In this document: one piece after another, positions 1 to 7,945 of the stretch
How positions within the stretch are numbered: the first letter of the stretch is position 1
How the letters are laid out: the number at the start of each line of letters is the position of its first letter
Assembly: GCA_039208735.1 (NCBI GenBank)
Contig: JBCCQY010000142.1
Span: 1-24,849 of the forward strand
Direction of reading: 5' to 3'
From: Myxococcota bacterium
GTDB taxonomy: Bacteria; Myxococcota_A; UBA796; GCA-2862545
Length of the DNA stretch: 24,849 nt
Program-made: the position numbers and the translations under genes
Notes under the pieces: model-generated
What the model saw: only the letters and a program-made list of their open reading frames with translations
The model's database searches: none
Told to the model about the DNA's origin: nothing

Positions 1-1142
1 AGCCATCGGCGTATTTCTCCGACGACATCCTCACCGATGTTTTCGACCGCATCCAAAATGATGCGGGGAGCCGCGAACTGAAGCACGGGCATAATGGATT
101 CAGTGTGGACTCCGAACGTCTGCGCCACGCGTTGGCGGAGCATCCCGACCTCCGTTGCGTCCCTCACGGAGATCCAGACCACCGCTCGAGTCGTCTGAAG
201 AAACTCAAGGGCAAGCGTGGACTTCCCTACCCCCGGCAACCCGTGGAGATTCACCCAGCGGTGTTCGTCGAGCACCTTTATCCCCGCTGCAATGTCGTCC
301 GAGCGACCAAGAAGCGGTGTCGGGGAATCTTCATGCCAGCATGTGGCCTGAGGAAACCGGCGAAGCTGGCCCGCGCGGAGCCCTAAATGCTGCCGCAAAC
401 GTCCCACTTGACGTGAAACCTCCAACGTAGGTTGCAACGCCCCCCAAACGCCGAGCGACAATGTCGCATCATCGATCGGCACACCAGGATGAGCCTCCAG
501 CAGAGCAAGAATTCGCTGTAAGTCATCGTCCAAAGGCGGATGGGCGGCAGGCTCGACAGATTCCAGCACCAGCCGCAAGCCTCGGCCATACGACGACTGA
601 AGCAAGGTTGGGGTACGCGGATCGGGTTCGATCTTCTTTCGAATTCGATGCAGCGTGTGTGAAACGGTACGAGTCCGGACGTGCATCCGGTAGCCCCATA
701 CCCGGGTCAACAGGTCTTCATTCGACCAAAGTCGATTGGGGTGCGCGGCCAGGAACCTTAGGAGCCGAACTTCAAGATCAGAAAGCCGACAAACGCGACC
801 ATCGTCGCGTTCGGCTACGGAAGTATCAAACCTGATGGTTACACCAGGCAGGCGGATCGCCCCCATGGGACTTCGAACCTGCGTTACGGCTAGCACTACC
901 TCCTCGTCAGTGCAACCTTCCAGCCATTGGAGCGCAACCTGCTTGTCGACGCCAACCAACTCCAACGGAGCACGAAGGACCCCCAGGTCCCACCTGCCCT
1001 GAGGAGGGATGGACAGGGGGGCACACTTCGCTACGTCGTATCCCAACCCCCAAAGCGTGCTGCATAGCGAGCGAGCATCCTCGAGATCCTCACTCACCAC
1101 CAGCACCTTTAGGGGACCCATGCCGGACGTTTCAGTCAGCAT
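1..1142 (-). CDS. Winged-helix/STAND (NB-ARC/COG3903-like) ATPase regulator: pseudo-receiver + two OmpR/PhoB-type wHTH domains + P-loop NTPase; 3' end runs off the window
   Basis: Not in the ORF track because there is no stop in the window. Hand translation is open from ATG 1142 (alternative ATG 1121) to the edge. Receiver-like start KVLVVSEDLEDARSLCSTLWGLGYDV. Trans_reg_C-type wHTH at ~570-790 (LSDLEVRLLRFLAAHPNRLWSNEDLLTRVWGY..TRTVSHTLHRIRKKIEPDPRTPTLLQSSYGRGLRL). Second wHTH-like block LQRILALLEAHPGVPIDDATLSLGVWG..VSRQVGRLRQHLG. Then TPLLGR, Walker A GLPGVGKSTLA (219-242) and Walker B RIILDAVE (~42-65). Confidence 0.9.
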   Translation of the reverse strand, partial: MLTETSGMGPLKVLVVSEDLEDARSLCSTLWGLGYDVAKCAPLSIPPQGRWDLGVLRAPLELVGVDKQVALQWLEGCTDEEVVLAVTQVRSPMGAIRLPGVTIRFDTSVAERDDGRVCRLSDLEVRLLRFLAAHPNRLWSNEDLLTRVWGYRMHVRTRTVSHTLHRIRKKIEPDPRTPTLLQSSYGRGLRLVLESVEPAAHPPLDDDLQRILALLEAHPGVPIDDATLSLGVWGALQPTLEVSRQVGRLRQHLGLRAGQLRRFPQATCWHEDSPTPLLGRSDDIAAGIKVLDEHRWVNLHGLPGVGKSTLALEFLQTTRAVVWISVRDATEVGMLRQRVAQTFGVHTESIMPVLQFAAPRIILDAVENIGEDVVGEIRRW

Positions 1143-1220
1143 GGGAGTAATCTACGCGTTCGACCCTCGGCGCGCGAACGGTCTCACCGGAGTCTCCCCG
1201 TCGATGGAGGCCTCACGCCC

Positions 1221-3677
1221 CTAAGGGGCATCGAAATCGCACTTCACTTCCAGGTCGGCATCCACATCCGCCGCGTACGTGCAAGGTGACGACTGGCAAC
1301 TCACCACACGGACATCGTCCACAATGATTCCAACCTCAGCCCCCGCCCCGGTGAAACTGCACGTCACATCCAAGGTCTCACCAACGCCACACTCAAGGTG
1401 GGTCCAGTCCGGAAGCGAGCCGCCGCTGAGGCTCGCCACGCCGGCTGACGGACACTGCCCCTCGATCTCTGCCCCCGCGACAGGATTCCCGACGCGGTGG
1501 AGGGTCGCATAGCCGACGCCGACTTCACACTGTGCCCCACTTGAGGCATTCCCGGGAAGCCCACTGCCTCCAGGAAGACTGACCGGGAAAGGCAAGTGAT
1601 CAAATGCGAAGGTGTCCTGACCGGGGCCTCCGATGCATTGGTCGAAGCCATCCTGCCCATCAAGGTAGTCATCCCCTTCAAAGGTGTGGATGATGTCATC
1701 GTCCGCACCGGCAAACACCACATCCGGCCCGGGCCCTCCATCGATTTCATCATTGCCGCCGAACGTCAGCGTCCGCGTGGCGCGATTTCCGATATCGTAG
1801 GATTGGTAACGGTAATGGATGGTGTCGTCACTGTCAGCGTCTTGGGTGGTGTTGATGACCACCCGAGTCACGTCCTGGGTATCCGCAGCGGCGAAGTGGC
1901 AACAGATGCCTTCATCGTTGGTGGAATTCACGTAGTCCATGTCACCGAACACGACGATGTCGCCAGTAGCGCCGTAGTCTTCGATAACCGTGATGTTGTT
2001 TTCCACATCGCCCGTGAAGGTCTCACAGATCAAGGACCGCTCTCCATCCGGCCCGACGATGCGGCACCACCGCTTAGCGGGATCCGCATTGATGGCGCAA
2101 TCTTCATTTGAGTAGGCGGAAGGGGCTTCGCCGGTGGCACATGCCTCGCCCGGTACGACGGAGGGCAGCCGGCACGACAGCGCATTTTGGTGTGCCAACT
2201 GCGAGAAGTCGTTGGGGGTCGTCAAGTACGGAGAGTGATGGTCCACGAAGTGGTTGAGAAAATCACACACATCGAGGCAGTTGCTCGTTGGCGTGCTCAT
2301 ATCCTCGAGCGTCTGCCAAACGGACATCAGGCTGACGTGCAGATGGTCTCCGTCGCCGGGCAGATTTGGATCGTCATCCGTCTCGCTATCCACGAGGTCA
2401 CAAAGCACCTTGGTGACGTTTCGAGCGTACGCCCGCCCCGCTCGGACATAGGTCACGGGCTCTTGGGTATCGGGATACTGCTCGGGATCCGCGTTGCAGA
2501 CTTCGCCCGACGGTCCCACGTTCGGGTCGAACGTGATCTCGCTACACCCTCCCTCTAGGCCATCGAGGGTCCAACGTTGGACGAAATCCGCAAACCCCTC
2601 ACGGAACGCGTCGAGGCCAAACTCGAAGCTGCAGTGCTGCCACCGCGCGGATCCGTCTCGTTGATAGGCCTGATAGTCGTCTTCCCCATCGCCGTCACTA
2701 TCGCCCAGGCTACAGATCCCATAGTTGCCCCAGGCCACCCGGTGCATCACATGGCCAAGCTCGTGCATCGCGGTCCGTCCTCCGCGCCACAAGTCGCCGG
2801 TCGCGTTCCCCTGGTCATCTTGGCCGCCAGCCGGGGTTAGATGAACGACGAGGTTCCCAGCATTATCAATCATGAAGTGCGTGTCGGGAAACTCGACCCG
2901 GATTGGATCCGATTCGGTCCACAGCATGTTGTAGCTAAGGTAGACCCTCCGCGTCACGTCGACAACAGATGCGAACACGCTTGCCGCCCGGGCGTTGACA
3001 TCGAAGTCCGTGACCTGGAAGAACATGTCGCCAAGGTCGGTATCGCCGAACATGGCTTGGGGAGCAGCATTCGTCGCTAACGGATGTTCAAGCGAATAAA
3101 TGGGACCGCTGGTTTGCTTGTTGGGCCCGTCCTCACGGACGCCCACACAACGATACTCGTCACAAACCCAGAGCCAAACTTCAATCGCGATATCCGGCGT
3201 AACGTCTTCCGAGCCACACGAATCGTTGGGGGGAATAGCCACGTCAAAGGTCCCGTCTGACTTGACATCTGTGACTCCTACCAGTTGCTTGGCGACACAG
3301 CCGGCCCCTCCCGAGTTGTCGATTTCATAGGCCAGCACGGTGGCATCGTGAGCAGCAAGATAGTTCCGCTCGATTTGGCTTGACTCACCAACAAAGTCGA
3401 CCTGCTGCCCCGGAACCCCACTCGGATCCAAACGCGACGCGAAGCGGCCTACCTTGCGGAAGTCCTCATAAAAGACTCGACCCGAAACGGTAATCGTCGG
3501 CCCGCCAGTCCCACCTCCCGGGCCGCCATTCCACTCTCCCGCCTCCACGGGTGGCATGATCGTACGACCTTGCTCGACGGCCTCTGTGGGTAGTGGGGAT
3601 TTCGATGGCGGCTCACCATTGCAAGCGCCCAGACCTGCGTGTGCAAGCAGGGCCATGGCGAACATAAGAACACGCAT
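1221..3677 (-). CDS. Cys-rich lipoprotein zinc metallopeptidase (gluzincin-like) with hemolysin/RTX-type Ca-binding repeats
   Basis: Start moved from 3737 to ATG 3677 (AAGGAG SD; signal MRVLMFAMALLAHAGLGAC with lipobox LGA-C). HELGH zinc motif plus downstream EGFADF third-ligand motif. DSDGDG Ca loop. Nonapeptide-like repeats GGNDEIDGGPGPDVVFAGADDDIIHTFEGDDYLDGQDGFDQCIGGPGQDTF. Confidence 0.8.
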   Translation of the reverse strand: MRVLMFAMALLAHAGLGACNGEPPSKSPLPTEAVEQGRTIMPPVEAGEWNGGPGGGTGGPTITVSGRVFYEDFRKVGRFASRLDPSGVPGQQVDFVGESSQIERNYLAAHDATVLAYEIDNSGGAGCVAKQLVGVTDVKSDGTFDVAIPPNDSCGSEDVTPDIAIEVWLWVCDEYRCVGVREDGPNKQTSGPIYSLEHPLATNAAPQAMFGDTDLGDMFFQVTDFDVNARAASVFASVVDVTRRVYLSYNMLWTESDPIRVEFPDTHFMIDNAGNLVVHLTPAGGQDDQGNATGDLWRGGRTAMHELGHVMHRVAWGNYGICSLGDSDGDGEDDYQAYQRDGSARWQHCSFEFGLDAFREGFADFVQRWTLDGLEGGCSEITFDPNVGPSGEVCNADPEQYPDTQEPVTYVRAGRAYARNVTKVLCDLVDSETDDDPNLPGDGDHLHVSLMSVWQTLEDMSTPTSNCLDVCDFLNHFVDHHSPYLTTPNDFSQLAHQNALSCRLPSVVPGEACATGEAPSAYSNEDCAINADPAKRWCRIVGPDGERSLICETFTGDVENNITVIEDYGATGDIVVFGDMDYVNSTNDEGICCHFAAADTQDVTRVVINTTQDADSDDTIHYRYQSYDIGNRATRTLTFGGNDEIDGGPGPDVVFAGADDDIIHTFEGDDYLDGQDGFDQCIGGPGQDTFAFDHLPFPVSLPGGSGLPGNASSGAQCEVGVGYATLHRVGNPVAGAEIEGQCPSAGVASLSGGSLPDWTHLECGVGETLDVTCSFTGAGAEVGIIVDDVRVVSCQSSPCTYAADVDADLEVKCDFDAP

Positions 3678-3789
3678 AGGGACTCCTTTTGGCGTTCTGG
3701 TGAAAACGCCTGCCGCTCGTATGCGGTTTGGGACCATTCATTTGTTGCAGGATTGTCCCTGGGGCCAAATCCTTGACGCCCATTGGCCG

Positions 3790-5316
3790 TCAAGACGCCC
3801 TCGAGGCTCGCAACCGTTCGGGAGGCTGGAGGTCTTGCGCCCATCTCTCACCTTGCATGGCGGGATAGGCCGTCTCCGGAACCAGCATGAGCGGCGTCTT
3901 GGGGGCTCTTACACCTCCCATTCCACACCATCGAAGCACCTTCAGCCCGCGGGGCGGCTCGGCAAGGAAACGCTCCAGCTCGGGAGACACCTCGGGCACG
4001 CGGATCGTGACGTCTTCAAGGTATGGAAAATGCTGGATTCCCTGGAGTATTTCGGGCACCGGCAGGTCCGTACCGGTGAGGCGCAGCCGACGCAGCCGCC
4101 GAGCCCAGGGGGCTTGCTGAAGTGCACTCCACCCTTCGAGACCGAGCGGAATGTGTGCGATCGAAAGCTCGACCAACGGACAGTCTTGCTCCGCCAGCAC
4201 TCCAAGCCCTTGAGGGGTCAATCGGTTTCCATCGAGGCGCAAACGGCGAACGTTGGTCATCACCGAGGTCTTGCACAACCGTTCGAACCCCTCGTCCGTG
4301 AGCTTCATTCGAACCAAACTGAGGTCGTCGAGGACCGCAGGTGCTTGGCCCATCGCTTCGATGATGCTTGGCATCTCATCCCCGTCGACCAGTTGCAGGC
4401 TCTGCAAGCCTCTGGCGATGCGCGTGCGGAGACCACCGAGTCCATGTAGACGTCCCCTGAGGCGTAGGTGCCGCAGGCCCGACCATCGATCATCGGCCAG
4501 GGCATCCAGTTCCAAGCGCCCTGGCTGCTCGATCACCAGTTTGTCGAGCAGTGCGCCTTCGGGAACGTCCAGCGCCCGCTCGGCGACGGCCAGGCGATTC
4601 GGGTCGTCGCCAAGGGGCACCCAATCGAGAAACCCTCGATCGAAGGAAGCCTGCACACCGTTTGGAGACGTAAAACGAGGATAGGCCCATGCCTCCCTCG
4701 TCACCCAAGCATGACGAGTATCGTCGTCCAACTCGGCTCGAAGGACCTTGGCGCGTTCAGGATCGAACGCCTCGAGCCAATCCGCCAGGACATGCCATGC
4801 TCCTGGAGGTGCGAAGGCAGGTCCACTCACGTCTTCGAGAAGCTTGGCCCAAGGCTCCAAGGCCTCCTTCCCCAACCTTCGGACTCGACTCCACTCGAGT
4901 CGGGAGGCCGTGGGTAACCAACGATCCCGAAACCGTTGAAGATGGACCAAGAACTGCTGCATCTGCGCATTACCGGCGACGAGCGACGCTTCATGAACTC
5001 GCTCCATGGCGGGGGCCAGGGCGCCGAGCCTCCCGGTTTCCGCCAGCAGTTCGAGCAGGATCTCTCCCCCCGCACTCACCCCGGAACCGTGAAAGACCGA
5101 ATAGGCCGCTCGCAGGAGCCACTGAACCGGGATGGGTCCGCGTGACATCAGCTTTCGCCAACCCGAACGTCCAAAGTCGTTGCAGCAAAACCCGAGACTT
5201 TCGCGGAGAGTGTCCAACAAGTCCGCTTCGACATCGGGACCCAGTCGGCGAACCAGCCACTCCGTCGCCTGCGCTTGGTAGGACGCTTCGACTTGGCGAG
5301 GGTCCAGTTCGGTCAC
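3790..5316 (-). CDS. TIGR02996-like (repeat-companion) domain + leucine-rich repeat protein
   Basis: AWHVLADWLEAFDPERAKVLRAEL and FDRGFLD resemble the TIGR02996 signature (..LVYADWLEE.GD.R.EFIR..FRRGF). C-terminal RI-like LRRs (LSLVRMKLTDEGFERL, VRRLRLDGNRLTPQGLGVL, LRRLRLTGTDL). Start probably GTG 5316 (GAGGTG SD); track start is 5364. Confidence 0.75.
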   Translation of the reverse strand: MTELDPRQVEASYQAQATEWLVRRLGPDVEADLLDTLRESLGFCCNDFGRSGWRKLMSRGPIPVQWLLRAAYSVFHGSGVSAGGEILLELLAETGRLGALAPAMERVHEASLVAGNAQMQQFLVHLQRFRDRWLPTASRLEWSRVRRLGKEALEPWAKLLEDVSGPAFAPPGAWHVLADWLEAFDPERAKVLRAELDDDTRHAWVTREAWAYPRFTSPNGVQASFDRGFLDWVPLGDDPNRLAVAERALDVPEGALLDKLVIEQPGRLELDALADDRWSGLRHLRLRGRLHGLGGLRTRIARGLQSLQLVDGDEMPSIIEAMGQAPAVLDDLSLVRMKLTDEGFERLCKTSVMTNVRRLRLDGNRLTPQGLGVLAEQDCPLVELSIAHIPLGLEGWSALQQAPWARRLRRLRLTGTDLPVPEILQGIQHFPYLEDVTIRVPEVSPELERFLAEPPRGLKVLRWCGMGGVRAPKTPLMLVPETAYPAMQGERWAQDLQPPERLRASRAS

Positions 5317-5389
5317 GCAACACCTCGAGGTGGAATGTAGGCATGCAAGAAAACCGATCGGCACGACGTGAGGACAGCAGGAGGTGCCA

Positions 5390-5794
5390 ATGTGGTTGCC
5401 ATTTCTCGGCCTCTGGTCGGTTGAGGTCTATGCCTCACCGCAGCAGCTCCGGGACCGCCTATCGGCTTCGAAGGACGCGGATGGGGACACCGAGACGCGG
5501 TTCATCGGCCTACGCTGGCCAAGCGGGTTCTTTGTTCACCGCACCAAGACTGGGTTCCGCAATGCCTTCCAGCCCAACTTCTTGGGATGGTACCGACCGA
5601 CCTCTCGCGGCTCGCGCATGTACATCCTTGCCGTGCTCCATCCAATCGTTCTAGCTTTTACGTCTTTCATGCTCTACAATTGGTGGATTGGAGTCACACC
5701 AGAGCGATCCCGATTTGGGCTGGTTTTCCTCACACTTTTGGCCGGGTTCGGATTCCATTGGCCGCTTGGCCAACATTACAGTACCGACAGCTGA
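5390..5794 (+). CDS. Small hypothetical membrane protein (two C-terminal hydrophobic segments)
   Basis: AGGAGG SD at 5379-5384 before ATG 5390. Hydrophobic LAVLHPIVLAFTSFMLYNWWIGV and FGLVFLTLLAGFGF. The true 3' end may be 5841 via a frameshift. Confidence 0.6.
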   Translation: MWLPFLGLWSVEVYASPQQLRDRLSASKDADGDTETRFIGLRWPSGFFVHRTKTGFRNAFQPNFLGWYRPTSRGSRMYILAVLHPIVLAFTSFMLYNWWIGVTPERSRFGLVFLTLLAGFGFHWPLGQHYSTDS

Positions 5795-5918
5795 TGGACG
5801 TTCTGGGGCGAAAGACAAGCCGGGAGACCAGCTCGAGATGACCTGATCCACCTCGGCCAGAGCGTGCTCACTGGGATTCCTCCGACTCCAGGCATCAACG
5901 ATAGGGTACGCTACCGCG

Positions 5919-7781
5919 ATGTGGGCCTCTGTCTTTCTGGCAAGTTGTAGTGCACCCGTCGAGCCGGCGGACCTCTCGACGTTCTGCACCCCCGAAGCCA
6001 GTTCACTCCCTCCAGTGGAGGATGGGGCAGACCTTTCTCCCTATGACCCTGCGGTGTTCACGCAGCTCGGCCATGAGCCTCTCGTGTCCCTACCGAACCC
6101 CTCGGCCCCAAGGCGCCTATGGTCGTCTCGGGGGGCCTATGCCGTACGCGTGCTGGATCTCTTGCACAAGGGTTACGCGCAAGGGTGGCGCCATGTCCAC
6201 GTGGCGGTTGGGGTACCCTCCCCGAGGCCCGAGCGCTTCGCGTACCCGGCACTCGCCGAACTCTGGGCGGAGGTTCCGCAAATCGAGCGTCGCACGTGGC
6301 TCGACGAACGGTTCCTAGAGGCGGGGTGCGCTCCCCACGACGACGTCACGGTGTGTTCCAGTCTGGACGACGTCGCCACATGGGTGCAGACCTGTCGAAA
6401 AGCAACGTCCCCTCAAGCCGTCACGCTGTTGCAGTTTGAGCGGATCCTGGCCAATGGCAGCGCCGGATGGGTGGCCGACCTCCCCATCGATCTGCTCCGC
6501 GAACGGGACCGACCTCCCATCAGCGTTCCCGAGATGACCCACTGGCGGAACACCGAGTGGCAATCGGTGGTGCCTCACCTACGCGAAGCCGATGGTCCGG
6601 TGTGGCCCACATTGGGCCTGCGAAGCATGGCCAACTGCGAACGGGCTCGAGAAGCGTTCGCGCGCAACGGCGCGGCCTGGACTTCAGAGGCCGTCGAGCC
6701 CTACGTCGGCCAAATGGACCGAGCCCTGACCGATTTCGGAGGGCGGATGGGCGGTGGGCCAACGGTAGCCGTACAGACCGAAAACGAAAACCAATGGATC
6801 GGCACGCCGGAGGTCCAGCCCCACTTTTCACTGTCCGACGCTTCGTTCCGCTATGAAGCCACTCCGGTCGGATGTAGCGTCTATTCCCTGACCAACGCGG
6901 GGCCCCAGCGGGGGCAGTTGCGGTACGTGAATGGACCACAAACGGTTCGGGTGACGCGTGCGGGGTTGTTTGTCGCCAAAAAGACGGTGGATCTTTCCTG
7001 GTGGCCGTTTCGAACCGGTATTCCCCTGATCACCCTGCGACATACATTCGAGGCGGAAATCCGAGCGCACCTCGCGCGACGCATCAAACGCCTGCCGCCC
7101 GGTTCGGAGCGTTTGGCTGCGCTGAAGGACCTCGTCTTTCTTGGCGGATTCGATACAGCGGTGGAACTTGCGAAGTCCGTCCGCTTCACTCCCGACGAAC
7201 GCGCATACACCAAAAAGGGATACCCCGGCGATTACATCGTACCCGGACAAACCACAATCCTCGCTCCGCTCCCCCTCCAGGTCCGATTCAATACGGATGA
7301 GTTACCCGTCACGAAGCTACCGTTTGTTCATGGGCGAACCTGGCTACGGTATGGCCGAGTGACCCTCCCCGGTAAAGGCATCGGTCACCTTACACTCCGT
7401 TCATCCAGAGCCTCTTTTGAAGACGCGTTGCTTACGTTTGAACCAGATAAAGTCTTGGTCCTTGGCGACCACCATCCCTTTCCTCACGATATGGATGGTT
7501 CAAATACGGGATGTGTGGTCACGGACATCGAAATGGATCAACGCTGCCAAGAGGCGTCACGTCCGCCGGCGGTAGGAGACATCCTATCTGCGCATACGGT
7601 GTGCTACGGCCGTGATCAAGGCTGGTTTCCTGGAGTCCTGCGGTCCCGACATGACGACCGGACCTTGACGACGATTTTGATGGCTCCCGACGTAGTGCAG
7701 GTCACTTGGGACGGTGACCGCTGGCAAGCCTGGTTCTCCGAACGAAGCTGCGACGAGCGTTACGACACAGATTCGCTCTGA
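5919..7781 (+). CDS. Hypothetical lipoprotein, 620 aa
   Basis: Long ORF with N-terminus MWASVFLAS-C (lipobox LASC). No domain recognised. Confidence 0.65.
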   Translation: MWASVFLASCSAPVEPADLSTFCTPEASSLPPVEDGADLSPYDPAVFTQLGHEPLVSLPNPSAPRRLWSSRGAYAVRVLDLLHKGYAQGWRHVHVAVGVPSPRPERFAYPALAELWAEVPQIERRTWLDERFLEAGCAPHDDVTVCSSLDDVATWVQTCRKATSPQAVTLLQFERILANGSAGWVADLPIDLLRERDRPPISVPEMTHWRNTEWQSVVPHLREADGPVWPTLGLRSMANCERAREAFARNGAAWTSEAVEPYVGQMDRALTDFGGRMGGGPTVAVQTENENQWIGTPEVQPHFSLSDASFRYEATPVGCSVYSLTNAGPQRGQLRYVNGPQTVRVTRAGLFVAKKTVDLSWWPFRTGIPLITLRHTFEAEIRAHLARRIKRLPPGSERLAALKDLVFLGGFDTAVELAKSVRFTPDERAYTKKGYPGDYIVPGQTTILAPLPLQVRFNTDELPVTKLPFVHGRTWLRYGRVTLPGKGIGHLTLRSSRASFEDALLTFEPDKVLVLGDHHPFPHDMDGSNTGCVVTDIEMDQRCQEASRPPAVGDILSAHTVCYGRDQGWFPGVLRSRHDDRTLTTILMAPDVVQVTWDGDRWQAWFSERSCDERYDTDSL

Positions 7782-7945
7782 ATCGCCGAACCCACCTGAC
7801 AGCTTGCCAGTATCAAGCTTCCTGCCCCGCCGAGGCGGTTGCGGCTGCCATCGAATCCTTCCCCGTTCACGTCAGGTGACGCTGAAGTCATGGTCATCCA
7901 ACCGAAGCTCCCCTACCCTCCATTGGGTTGGTCATCGGAGACGCC

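Noticed and set aside
105..1224. Plus-strand ORFs 105-386, 155-430, 461-835, 736-1002 and 1009-1224
   Set aside because: They are antisense shadows of the minus-strand wHTH-STAND gene, which carries clear motifs.
3556..5654. Long plus-strand ORFs 3556-4449 and 4689-5654
   Set aside because: They lie antisense to the TIGR02996/LRR gene and have no motifs; such ORFs are expected in GC-rich DNA.
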